DNA of 64,000 nt from Spirochaetia bacterium (GTDB lineage: Bacteria > Spirochaetota > Spirochaetia > SZUA-6 > Bin103): contig CBDATQ010000001.1 of NCBI GenBank assembly GCA_965199955.1, positions 1 through 64,000 on the forward strand, given 5' to 3'. Under the pieces are notes generated by a model. It was not told where the DNA came from, made no database searches, and saw nothing but the letters and a program-made list of their open reading frames with translations. Below are positions 47,338-56,646 of this stretch, piece after piece. A program made the position numbers and the translations under genes. Within the stretch, counting starts at the first letter, position 1. Each line of letters begins with the position of its first letter.

Positions 47338-48546
47338 TCAGCCGGCGGGCGTCAGGTCTTCGGACAGACCGACGCGGCCTGGAGGGAGCCCCCACGGCGC
47401 TCCGGCGCCGGCGTAGCCGGTCGCGGCGGCGTGCGCGGCCTGCAGGGTCCGCTCGATGCCGCGGATCGCGGTGACCGGGCCGGCGGCATCCGCGGGCAGC
47501 AACGGCGGCGGGGTCGCCGTGAGCACGAACTCGGCCGGCACCTCCGCGGGCGGGGCGGCGGCAAAGCTGGCCTCGATGCAGGCGGTGTGCTGCAGGGCGT
47601 TGCCGATCGTGCAGGCGGGCGGCTCGCCGGTCTCCATCGACGCCAGCAGTGCGCGCAGCGGCTGGGACGGGTCGTACGGCGGGTCGGCCATCTCCTCGCT
47701 CCTGCCTGCCCGTTCGATCACCACGCGGCCGCCGGCAACGGTTGCCGTGCCGCCCTCGAAGCGGTACTCGATGTGGGCGTCCGTCGCCTCCAGGCAGGCG
47801 TGCGCCGCCAGCATGCCGATGACGGTCCCTTCGCCGGTCTCGACCCGCAGGTACTGGGTATCGGCCCAGGCCTCGCGGGCGGCGCGGTAATTCTCGGCCG
47901 TGACGGCGACGGGGGTGGCCGCCTGTCGCTCGCCCGCGCCGGCCACGTACAGCATCTGCTGGAGCTGGTGGGCGCAGGCGTTCTGGATCGGTGAGTCGAG
48001 GACCTCGACGCCGCCGCGCCGGCCGCCCCAGTCGCGGCGCCGGTAGTAGCGCCGGCCGCGCGTCGCGCTGATCAGCGTCCGCGCGTGTGTGAGCGCGCCC
48101 AGCCCGCCCCCGGTGCGCAGGGCCTTGAGCCGGGCGACCGCGGGAGAGTACATGCCCTGATAGCCGATAGCCAGGATGCGTCCGCTACGCGCCGCGGCCT
48201 GCTGCATGCGGCGCGCCTGCGCCAGGGTGCCGGCGGCCGGCTTCTCGCAGAGCACGTGGCAGCCGGCCTCCAGCGCCGCGACGGATGCGGTCTCGTGGCA
48301 GGGGATGCCGCCGGCGACCACGACCAGGTCCAGCCGGCCCGCCTCGGCGCCCAGCAGCTCCTCCAGGGTCGGGTGCGCGGTTGCGCCGAGCTCGCCGAGC
48401 ATGCGCTCCGACTCCCGGTAGCGGCCGGGCGTGCGCACCACGGCGGCGGCCAGCGCGCAGCGCCGCTCGGCCTGCCCGGCTGCGAGCACCTCCAGCAGCG
48501 TGCGGCCGTAGCCGCCGATCCCGACCAGGGCGGCGCGCGGTGCCAT
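47338..48546 (-). CDS. Gfo/Idh/MocA oxidoreductase
   Basis: VGIGGYG, LCEKP, IGYQ, DSPIQNACAH. Confidence 0.88.
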   Translation of the reverse strand: MAPRAALVGIGGYGRTLLEVLAAGQAERRCALAAAVVRTPGRYRESERMLGELGATAHPTLEELLGAEAGRLDLVVVAGGIPCHETASVAALEAGCHVLCEKPAAGTLAQARRMQQAAARSGRILAIGYQGMYSPAVARLKALRTGGGLGALTHARTLISATRGRRYYRRRDWGGRRGGVEVLDSPIQNACAHQLQQMLYVAGAGERQAATPVAVTAENYRAAREAWADTQYLRVETGEGTVIGMLAAHACLEATDAHIEYRFEGGTATVAGGRVVIERAGRSEEMADPPYDPSQPLRALLASMETGEPPACTIGNALQHTACIEASFAAAPPAEVPAEFVLTATPPPLLPADAAGPVTAIRGIERTLQAAHAAATGYAGAGAPWGLPPGRVGLSEDLTPAG

Positions 48547-48655
48547 CGCTCAGCCCGCTCCCCGTGGCCTGTGACTGGACATGGGGCTCATCATACCCCG
48601 GCGTCGCCGGCCTGACGGCAGTCGGCTTGGACGGCTACGATGCGTCGCTTCGCCG

Positions 48656-49084
48656 ATGCCCTCCCGCCTCAGTACGACCAATCGCATCATCGCCGTCACG
48701 ATCGGCGCCGGGGTCACCGTGGCCCAGGCGATCAGCGCCGGGGTGGGCTGGCAGGCGATGGCGTCGACCTTCGAGCGGATCGCGCACGTCGCGGCCGCCC
48801 CGCTGGCCGGGGCGGCGGCCGCCGGTTTGTGGGTGCTGCTGGCGCGCGCGCCGCAGGCGGTCCGCCGGCTGTTCCTGCCGACGCCTGAGCGGGTCGAGTG
48901 GACGATCGAGACCGCGCGGGCAGCCGGCCTGCTGCCGGAGGGCTACGTGAGCGACCCGCACCGCGACCTGCTGGTCGCCCGCGCCATCACCTTCGACCGC
49001 AAGGCCGGCCTCACCGACGACGAAATCCGCAAGGATCTGGCTGACCAACTGGCAGAGGATGCCCGGCAGGAGCCCGGCGGCTAG
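48656..49084 (+). CDS. Hypothetical membrane protein
   Basis: Two hydrophobic segments, GC3-biased codons; fills the gap between neighbours. Confidence 0.6.
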   Translation: MPSRLSTTNRIIAVTIGAGVTVAQAISAGVGWQAMASTFERIAHVAAAPLAGAAAAGLWVLLARAPQAVRRLFLPTPERVEWTIETARAAGLLPEGYVSDPHRDLLVARAITFDRKAGLTDDEIRKDLADQLAEDARQEPGG

Positions 49085-49920
49085 CCACGAATTCCGGACA
49101 GGAAGATTTCCGCCGCCTGCGCCACGGTCAGCTCGCGCGCCAGGATCCGGTCCTGGAAGTCGCGGGTCCAGGCGGCCAGCCGGCCGCGGGCGGTGCGGAA
49201 CTCGTTGAGGATCGTGCGGCCGATCGGGCCGCAGCCGTCCAGGAAGCCGGTGAGAGCGAAGTCGCGTTCGGCAGCGGCGCGGTCGTAGTCCAGCCGCACG
49301 ATGCGCACGCCCCACCCGGTGGAGCCGATCAGCTCCAGGCGCGCGTAGCCGGCCCGCGGGTCGCCGTCGAACGGCATGCCGATGGAGCCGGCGTTGACCA
49401 CCAGGCAGCCGCGGTGGCGGCGGACCAGCGGGCGGTGGGTGTGGCCGACCGCGAACACGGCGCTGCCGGCGCGCACCTTGCTGTCGAGTTCCTGGTCGGT
49501 GGTGTGCGGGTAGATGCCGTCGCGGGAGCCGAGCAGCGTGCCGTGCGTCATGAAGACCTCGCCCGCCGGCGTCGGCAGGCTCGCCTCGGTCGCCATGGCG
49601 GGCAGCTCGGCGGCGCGCGCCCCCAGCGACCGCCGGCACCAGTCGACCGCCGCGAACACGTCATGGGCCGGCGGCGGGCGGGCGGCATCCGGAGAACCGC
49701 GCTGCATCACGTACTCCTCGTGGTTGCCGCGAATGACGATCCAGCCGTCTCTCGCGCGCCGCTCAGCGACCAGGTCCCAGCACTCCGGGGAGCGCGGGCC
49801 GCGGTTGACGATGTCCCCGGCCACCAGCACCGCGTCCGGCCGCCACCGGTCGACGTGATCCATGACCGCGCGCAGGGCCTGCAGGTTGCCGTGCACGTCG
49901 GCCAGGATGGCGATCTTCAC
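49081..49920 (-). CDS. Calcineurin-like metallophosphoesterase
   Basis: DVHGN, GDIV, RGNHE, HG, GHTH, NAGSIG.P.DGD. Confidence 0.9.
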   Translation of the reverse strand: MKIAILADVHGNLQALRAVMDHVDRWRPDAVLVAGDIVNRGPRSPECWDLVAERRARDGWIVIRGNHEEYVMQRGSPDAARPPPAHDVFAAVDWCRRSLGARAAELPAMATEASLPTPAGEVFMTHGTLLGSRDGIYPHTTDQELDSKVRAGSAVFAVGHTHRPLVRRHRGCLVVNAGSIGMPFDGDPRAGYARLELIGSTGWGVRIVRLDYDRAAAERDFALTGFLDGCGPIGRTILNEFRTARGRLAAWTRDFQDRILARELTVAQAAEIFLSGIRG

Positions 49921-49957
49921 GAGTGGCGCCCACGAAGGGAGGGCGGGAGTCCCGCAG

Positions 49958-49988
49958 TTTGACAGTACGTCAAATCGGCCAATACATT
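49958..49988 (+). promoter_or_regulatory. Sigma70-type promoter of korAB with overlapping palindrome
   Basis: TTGACA (49959-49964), 18 nt, TACATT (49983-49988); TTTGAC-N5-GTCAAA at 49958-49974. Confidence 0.6.
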
Positions 49989-50080
49989 AGCGTAGCTTTC
50001 GGGGTGCGTGCGCGAGCCGTTTGCGACGCGCGAAGCGATCAGGCCTTGCCTGCTCGCAAGAATCAACCGATCAACAGAAC

Positions 50081-52030
50081 ATGGAACTGATTACTGATCT
50101 GGCGTGGCGGATCGGCGGACCGCAAGGGAGCGGCGTCGATACCGCGGCCCGCTTTTTCGCCCGCTCCTGCGCGGCGGCGGGCCTGCACGTGTTCGGCCAT
50201 CGCGAATACTACTCCAACATCATGGGCCGCCACTCTTACTACGACGTGCGCGTGGCCGACCACCCCCTCACCTGCCACCGGAGCGAAGTGGACTTCATGG
50301 CGTCGTTCGACGCGGAGACGCTGGCCCGGAACGTGATGACGGTCGCGGACGGCGGCTGGCTGCTCCACTCGGAGCGCGACGCCGATGTGCCCCTGAGCCG
50401 GCTGAGCATGCTGGACGAGCGGGTGGCCGAAGACCTGACCGCGCTGCTGGACGAGCGCGGCCTGCCGCACGGCACCGCCGGCCTGCTGGAGCTGGCGGCC
50501 GAGCGCGGCGTGCACGCGCTGCCGGTGGACTTCGGCGCGGTGACCGGCGCCCTGGCGGAGGAGATGGGCATCCCGCCGGCGCGCGCCGACCGCACCCGCA
50601 ACACGGTGTCGGTGGCGGTCTGCTGCGCGGCCATGGGGCTGGACCGCTCCTACCTGGTGAGCGCCCTGGACCGCGTGTTCCGCGGCCGCAAGCCGATCGT
50701 GGAGCTCAACGTACACGCCATCGACCAGGCGTACCGCTACGCGCTGCAGCGGTTCGAGGAGCACTCGTTTCACCTCAGCCTCAAGCCCGGCGGCGCCGCG
50801 GACGGCCGCCTGTACATCAACGGCAGCGAGGCGGTGGCCATGGGCAAGATGGCCGCCGGCCTCGGCTTCCAGACCTACTACCCGATCAGCCCCGCCACGG
50901 CGGAGAACACCTTCCTGGAGCGGCACACCCGCATCGGCCGCGAAGGCGGCGGCGACCAGGCCGTGGTCGTGGTGCAGACCGAGGACGAGATCGCGGCCAT
51001 CACCATGGCGGCCGGCGCGGCGCTCACCGGCGTGCGCGCCTCCACCGCGACCTCCGGCCCCGGCTTCTCACTGATGACCGAGGGACTCGGCTGGGTCGGC
51101 ATCAACGAGGTGCCGCTGGTGGTGACGCTCTGGCAGCGCGGTGGCCCGTCGACCGGCCTGCCCACGCGCACGGAGCAGGGCGACCTGCTGTCCGCCCTGC
51201 ACGCCGGCCACGGCGAGTTCCCGCGCATCGTGCTGGCCTCCTCCGACCTGGAGGAGGCGTTCGCGGACGCCGCGCACGCGTTCAACTACGCCGAGCGCTA
51301 CCAGCTCCCGGTCATCCACCTGATGGACAAGGCGCTGTCCAGCACGACGCAGACCCTGACCCGCTTCGATCCGTCCACGCTGTCGATCGACCGCGGCCTG
51401 CTCTACGAGCCGAATGGCCGCGCGCCGGAGCAGGGGTCTTTTCCGCGCTTCGCGGTCACCGACGACGGCATCTCGCCGCGGCCGGTGCTCGGGCAGCCGG
51501 GCGGCATGCACTGGGTGACCGGCGGCGAGCACACCGAGGAGGGCCGCGTCACCGAGGACCCGGTCGTGCGCGAGCAACAGGTGGAGAAGCGGGAGCGCAA
51601 GCTGGAGCTGGCGGCGGCCGAGATCGGCGCGGCGGAGAAGCTGGCCGTCTACGGCGCCGCCGACGCGGCGGTGACCGTGGTGGGCTGGGGCTCCACCAAG
51701 GGCGCGGTGCTGGAGGCGATGGATGCGCTGGCGGGCGAGGGCATCGGCGTGCGGCTGGTGCAGGTGCGGCTGCTCTGGCCGTTCCCGGGTGAGGAGCTTG
51801 CGGAGCTGCTGGCCGGCGAGCGGGCGGCAGGCCCGGTGGTGACCGTGGAGCTCAACCACTCCGGGCAGTTCGCGCGCCTGCTGGCGGAGCAGACCGGCGT
51901 GCGCGCCGCGCACCGCATTCTCAAGTACAACGGCCGGCCGTTCACGGCCGCCGAGCTGCAGGCGCCGCTGCGCCTCGGCGCCGCCGGCGGCGCCGAGGCG
52001 CGGACCGTCGTCCGCAATCCCTGGGAGTAG
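50081..52030 (+). CDS. korA: 2-oxoacid:ferredoxin oxidoreductase alpha subunit (gamma-alpha fusion)
   Basis: IGGPQGSG, YYPISPAT, QTEDEIAA, TATSGPGFSLM, QRGGPSTGLPT. Confidence 0.92.
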   Translation: MELITDLAWRIGGPQGSGVDTAARFFARSCAAAGLHVFGHREYYSNIMGRHSYYDVRVADHPLTCHRSEVDFMASFDAETLARNVMTVADGGWLLHSERDADVPLSRLSMLDERVAEDLTALLDERGLPHGTAGLLELAAERGVHALPVDFGAVTGALAEEMGIPPARADRTRNTVSVAVCCAAMGLDRSYLVSALDRVFRGRKPIVELNVHAIDQAYRYALQRFEEHSFHLSLKPGGAADGRLYINGSEAVAMGKMAAGLGFQTYYPISPATAENTFLERHTRIGREGGGDQAVVVVQTEDEIAAITMAAGAALTGVRASTATSGPGFSLMTEGLGWVGINEVPLVVTLWQRGGPSTGLPTRTEQGDLLSALHAGHGEFPRIVLASSDLEEAFADAAHAFNYAERYQLPVIHLMDKALSSTTQTLTRFDPSTLSIDRGLLYEPNGRAPEQGSFPRFAVTDDGISPRPVLGQPGGMHWVTGGEHTEEGRVTEDPVVREQQVEKRERKLELAAAEIGAAEKLAVYGAADAAVTVVGWGSTKGAVLEAMDALAGEGIGVRLVQVRLLWPFPGEELAELLAGERAAGPVVTVELNHSGQFARLLAEQTGVRAAHRILKYNGRPFTAAELQAPLRLGAAGGAEARTVVRNPWE

Positions 52031-52037
52031 CGAGGAT

Positions 52038-53018
52038 ATGGCAACAGCAACCCTGGACCGCAGGCAGGCGCTCAAGCAGTTCCGGGTGGATTACGCCAAC
52101 GACTGGTGCCCGGGCTGCGGCGACTTCGGCATCCTGGGCGCGCTGCAGCAGGCGCTGGCCGGCATGGGCCGCCGTCCGCACGAGGTCGTGCTGGTCGGCG
52201 GCATCGGCTGCTCGGGCAAGGCGCAGTACTACGTCAACTGCTACGGCGTTCACACCCTGCACGGCCGGCCGCTGCCGTTCGCGACCGGCATCAAGCTGGC
52301 CAACCCGGAGCTGACCGTGATCATCGTCGGTGGCGACGGCGACGGGCTGGGCATCGGCGCCGGCCACTTCGTCAACGCCGGCCGGCGGAACGTCGACCTG
52401 ACCTACCTGCTGTTCAACAACGAGGTGTACGGCCTCACGCAGGGGCAGGGCGCGCCGACGCTGCAACTCGGCCTGCAGACCAAGAGCCTGGCGGAGCCAA
52501 ACATCCAGGAGAGCGTCAACGGGCCGTCGCTGGCGTACGCCAGCGGCTTCACCTGGATCGGGCGGGGATACTCCTACGACGTCCGCCACTTGGTGCGGAT
52601 GATCACCCGCGCGGTCGAGCACCCCGGTATGTCGTTCCTGGACATCGTCCAGCCGTGCCCGACCTATAACGACCTGCACGACAAGGCGTGGTTCGGCGGC
52701 GAGGGCACCGACAGCGGCGAGTCGCGCATCTACGACCTGGAGGCGACGGACTACGACGGGCGCATCCCGGCCGACGCCGACGCGGACGTCTACGCCGACC
52801 GGATCGCCGCGTTCTCGACCAAGGCGCTGGAGTGGGGCGACCGCATCCCGATCGGCCTGCTGCTGGAAAGAGAGGGGGTGAGCGCCTTCGGCGACCGCAT
52901 CGGCAGCCGGCTCGACGCCTACCGGACGCAGCCGCCGGCGGCGCGCGCGATCGCCGACGCCGACGGCCGGCCCACCGCGGACATCACCGCCGTCTTCGAC
53001 GAGTCCGGGATCCCCTAG
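52038..53018 (+). CDS. korB: 2-oxoacid:ferredoxin oxidoreductase beta subunit
   Basis: WCPGCGDFG, GIGCSG, HTLHGR, GGDGD, NNEVYGLT, QPCPTYN. Confidence 0.94.
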   Translation: MATATLDRRQALKQFRVDYANDWCPGCGDFGILGALQQALAGMGRRPHEVVLVGGIGCSGKAQYYVNCYGVHTLHGRPLPFATGIKLANPELTVIIVGGDGDGLGIGAGHFVNAGRRNVDLTYLLFNNEVYGLTQGQGAPTLQLGLQTKSLAEPNIQESVNGPSLAYASGFTWIGRGYSYDVRHLVRMITRAVEHPGMSFLDIVQPCPTYNDLHDKAWFGGEGTDSGESRIYDLEATDYDGRIPADADADVYADRIAAFSTKALEWGDRIPIGLLLEREGVSAFGDRIGSRLDAYRTQPPAARAIADADGRPTADITAVFDESGIP

Positions 53019-53071
53019 CCTAGCGGTCCGTCCCGCTCAATACGGAGGGGAGCCATTGGAGAGGCGCGGCC

Positions 53072-54007
53072 CTACGGGTCCTCCGGGGAGAGGCCGATCG
53101 CGCGCAGGGTGTCCCTGCGGACCTTGCACACCATCACGTAGGCGGGGTCGTAGATGTTGCCCAGGTCGTACTCGACCGCCTGGCCCAGCAGGGTGTGCGC
53201 GGCGGTTTCCGGCAGGCCCAGCTCGCCCAGCCAGCGCAGCATCTCTCCGGTCGCGTATTGCACGCACTGGTCGAGCGGGCGGCCACAGCCGACCGTCATC
53301 AGGTGCTCGGCGGAGATCGCGCGCGGCCAGGCGATGGTGCGCCCGGACAGCACGCGCACGGAGAAGGTGACGTCGGCCGACACCTCGACGCCGTTGCCGG
53401 TGATCTCGCCGTCGCCCTGCACGGCGTGGACGTCACCCAGGAAGAACAGCGCGCCGGGCACCCACACCGGGAACCAGACGGTGACGCCGGCCACGAAGCC
53501 AGCGTAGTCCATATTGCCACCATGCGCGCCGGAGGTGGCCGTGGAGATGGCCTCCCCCCGGTCGGGGGCCACTCCGAAGCAGCCGATCATGGGGCGGAGC
53601 GGCACCTGCAGCGCCTCCAGGCCGGGCACGTCGATCGGTGTGGCGGTGCCGCGGTCGAGGTCGAGACGCCAGTCGACCATCCGTTTCGCCCCGGCGTCGA
53701 AACCGGGTTCCAGCACCTGTGCATCCACGGGCGAGGTGGTGAAGCCGGTGGCGCGGTTGGGCGTGACCTGATGCAGGGTCACGGCCAGCGCGTCGCCGGG
53801 TTCGGCGCCGTCGACGTGGAAGGGGCCGGTCTGCGGGTTGCCGCGCGGGGTCACCGGCTCGCCCGTGGCGTCGTCGCCGCCCGCGTCGACGGTGGAGGTC
53901 ACGACGGTGTCGCCGTCGCCGATGGAGACCACCGGCTCGTGCGTGCCGAGAGTCCGGTAGTAGTGGGTGGGCCGGTACCGGTGCCGGAGCGGACGCTTTG
54001 CTATCAT
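53072..54007 (-). CDS. Acetamidase/formamidase family protein
   Basis: NPQTGP..V.GAEPGD, PMIGCFGVAP, GGNMD, GDVHAVQGDGE; ATG 54007. Confidence 0.9.
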   Translation of the reverse strand: MIAKRPLRHRYRPTHYYRTLGTHEPVVSIGDGDTVVTSTVDAGGDDATGEPVTPRGNPQTGPFHVDGAEPGDALAVTLHQVTPNRATGFTTSPVDAQVLEPGFDAGAKRMVDWRLDLDRGTATPIDVPGLEALQVPLRPMIGCFGVAPDRGEAISTATSGAHGGNMDYAGFVAGVTVWFPVWVPGALFFLGDVHAVQGDGEITGNGVEVSADVTFSVRVLSGRTIAWPRAISAEHLMTVGCGRPLDQCVQYATGEMLRWLGELGLPETAAHTLLGQAVEYDLGNIYDPAYVMVCKVRRDTLRAIGLSPEDP

Positions 54008-54079
54008 TGGCGGGAGCTTACAACCCGGCCACCATGCCGGCGAACCGCCCGAGAGATGGGACAAGGAGCCTGACGCGAT

Positions 54080-55156
54080 ATGAAACTCGGAATGTTCATG
54101 ATGCCGCTGCATCCGCCGGAGCGCGACCGTACCGAAGGCTACGAGGAGGACCTGGAGCTGGTGGTGCGCTGCGACAAGCTCGGCTATGAGGAGGCGTGGA
54201 TCGGCCAGCACCACACCCTGGACTGGGAGCCCATTCCCTCCAACGACGTCTTCATCGCCAACGCGCTGCCACGCACCTCGAACATCAAGCTGGGCACGGG
54301 CGTGACGATCATGCCCCTGCACCATCCGGCCAACATCGCCACCCGGCTGGCCTACCTCGACCACCTGGCGCGCGGCCGCTTCCTGATCGGCTTCGGCCAG
54401 GGCGGCGTACCGTGCGACTACGAGCTGTTCGGCCTGGACCCGGCCGAGGTCGGGCTGATGACCATACGCGGCATGGACATGGTTCTGAAGCTGTGGGAGT
54501 CCGAGGCGCCGTACGAGCTCAAGGACGAGTTCTGGGAGATCAAGGTCCAGAACCCCCGTCCCGACTTCAACATGGGCGACATCCTCAAGCCGTACCAGAA
54601 GCCGCACCCGCCGATCGCGACGAGCATCATCAAGGCGGAGTCGCGCGGCGCGCTCACCGCCGGCGAGCGCGGCTACATCCCGATCAGCGCCAACATGGTC
54701 ACACCGCAGGTGCTCAAGCGGCAGTGGGAAGTCTACTGCGAGGGCGCGGCCAAGGCCGGCCGTCCGGAGCCGGACCGCGCCGACTGGCGGGTGTCGCGCA
54801 GCATCATGGTCGCCGACACCGACGCCGACGCCTGGGAGTTCGCCCGCGCCGACGGCGCCTACGCCCGTTCCTACGAGTACCTGATCAAGATCCTCAAGGC
54901 CGGCATGGTGCAGGAGGCGATGAAGCTCGACCCCGGCATGACCGACGACGACATCGACGTCCCGTACGTGCTTTCGAACCTGTGCATCATCGGCAGCGTC
55001 GATACGGTCGTGCAGCGCCTGCGCGAGGTGATCGACGTCACCGGCGGCTTCGGCACGCTGCTGATGCTCTCCCAGGACTCCGACAACGACGAGCGCTGGT
55101 GGCGCTGCGTGGAGCTCCTGGCCACCGAGGTGGTGCCGGCGCTGTCGGACGGCTAG
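54080..55156 (+). CDS. Luciferase-like (LLM) flavin-dependent oxidoreductase
   Basis: MKLGMFMMPLHPP, WIGQHH, LGTGV, LDHLARGR, PYQKPHPP. Confidence 0.9.
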   Translation: MKLGMFMMPLHPPERDRTEGYEEDLELVVRCDKLGYEEAWIGQHHTLDWEPIPSNDVFIANALPRTSNIKLGTGVTIMPLHHPANIATRLAYLDHLARGRFLIGFGQGGVPCDYELFGLDPAEVGLMTIRGMDMVLKLWESEAPYELKDEFWEIKVQNPRPDFNMGDILKPYQKPHPPIATSIIKAESRGALTAGERGYIPISANMVTPQVLKRQWEVYCEGAAKAGRPEPDRADWRVSRSIMVADTDADAWEFARADGAYARSYEYLIKILKAGMVQEAMKLDPGMTDDDIDVPYVLSNLCIIGSVDTVVQRLREVIDVTGGFGTLLMLSQDSDNDERWWRCVELLATEVVPALSDG

Positions 55157-55289
55157 CGGCCGGCTATCGAAAGCCGATCGGACGCGCGGATCACCGGCGA
55201 CTCGGTTCGCGAGACCCTGTGGAAACCCCTGTTCTTCGGGTTCGACTTCGATCGCACCATCGAAATCACCGCGCATCATCAACCGTGCG

Positions 55290-55538
55290 GCAGTCTGTCG
55301 CTCACGGTCGCGGTCTACCGCGCGGATGAGCAGTTGGCGGACACGCCCTGGTTGATGCTCGACATGACGCACCACGGCATCCTCCTGTTCGATCCGCGCG
55401 GCGTGCTCAGCCCGCAAGCTGGCGCGCCTCCGAGCAAGGCTCGAGGAACTGGGATCCCGTCGCATCGAGCCGGACGACGGCTCGTGGTACCGGGACCTCA
55501 AGCCCGATCTGCGGCCCAGCGAGGTCGTCACCCTGTGA
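55290..55538 (+). pseudogene. Frameshifted C-terminal remnant of minimal nucleotidyltransferase (MNT-HEPN module)
   Basis: TPWLMLDMTHHGILLFDPRGVLS, frameshift at about 55411, then RKLARLRARLEELGSRRIEPDDGSWYRDLKPDLRPSEVVTL*. Confidence 0.7.
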
Positions 55539-55558
55539 CGGCGGCTGATACGTAGCCG

Positions 55559-56626
55559 ATGGCCGAGGTAGCGCGCTGGCGGGAGCTGGCCGGCGCGCTG
55601 GACGCGGCGGCCGAGGCCGACGGGACCGGCAGCCTGAGCGCGGCCGTCCGGCATGGCGGGCAGACGGTGTGGAGACACGCGGCCGGCTGGGCAGATCGCG
55701 AGCAGGGCCGGCGCGCGGACGCCGGCACCGTCTACCGGGCAGGGTCGATCAGCAAGACGGTGACGGTGGTGACGGCGCTGCGCTTGGCGGAGCGGGGCGT
55801 GCTCGACCTGGACGATCCGGTCTCCCGGAACGTGCCGGAGATCGAGACCACGGTCGGCTACACCGAGCAGCCGCGCGCAATCACGCTGCGCGACCTGGCC
55901 ACCCACACCAGCGGCCTGGCGCGCGAGCCGCGCATCCCGCGGCTGCTGGCGGGGACGGTGGAGCGGTGGGAGCAGACGCTGCTGGGCGCCATCCCGGCCA
56001 CCCGCTTCGCCCATCCGCCGGGCGCGTGCTTCGACTACTCCAACGTCGGCGCCGCCATCCTGGGCCTGGCGGTGCGGCGCGCGGGCGCGATGCCGTACCC
56101 GGAGTTGGTCGCCGCCGAGATCTGCGCGCCGCTCGGCCTGACCGCGACCGGGTTCCTGCCGCCGGCGGACCGCGCGCGCCTGGCCACCGGCTACGAGCGG
56201 CTGGTGGACGGGTCGATCAGCACCCGCGACTCGGAGCGCCAGCACGCCGGCCGCGGCTTCCGGGTGCCGAGCGGCGGCCTGTACTCGACGCCGAGCGAGC
56301 TCGCGGCGTTCGGCGCGGCGCTCGGACCCGGTTCGGGGGACGTGCTGTTGAGCGCGGCGGCGCGGCGGGAGATGCTGCGGGTGGCGACCAGGAAGTCGGA
56401 GGAGTGCTCGCCGGGACCGTCGAACGGCTACGGGACCGGGGTCGAGCTCTACCTGGACGGCGCGCGGGTGCTCGCCTACGGCCACCACGGCGACATGAAC
56501 GGCTACAGCGCGGTGGTGCTGGGCGATCCGGAGCGCGAGGTCACGATCTGCGTGTGCAGCAACTTCCGCTCGAGCGAGGAGCTAGGCATGGAGCGCTCGC
56601 TCGACCTGCTGCTGGAGGCCGGCTGA
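55559..56626 (+). CDS. Serine hydrolase, beta-lactamase class C fold
   Basis: GSISK (SxxK), LATHTSGL, YSN, GGLYST, GHHG. Confidence 0.9.
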   Translation: MAEVARWRELAGALDAAAEADGTGSLSAAVRHGGQTVWRHAAGWADREQGRRADAGTVYRAGSISKTVTVVTALRLAERGVLDLDDPVSRNVPEIETTVGYTEQPRAITLRDLATHTSGLAREPRIPRLLAGTVERWEQTLLGAIPATRFAHPPGACFDYSNVGAAILGLAVRRAGAMPYPELVAAEICAPLGLTATGFLPPADRARLATGYERLVDGSISTRDSERQHAGRGFRVPSGGLYSTPSELAAFGAALGPGSGDVLLSAAARREMLRVATRKSEECSPGPSNGYGTGVELYLDGARVLAYGHHGDMNGYSAVVLGDPEREVTICVCSNFRSSEELGMERSLDLLLEAG

Positions 56627-56646
56627 GCATTGCCGGCTCGCGCCGT

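Noticed and set aside
53072..56488. 1138-aa minus-strand ORF as one giant protein
   Set aside because: Only 53072-54007 is an amidase; the rest is the antisense shadow of the LLM and serine hydrolase genes, as expected at high GC.
55559..56626. Antibiotic-resistance beta-lactamase
   Set aside because: No signal peptide and no KTG triad; better explained as a generic serine hydrolase.
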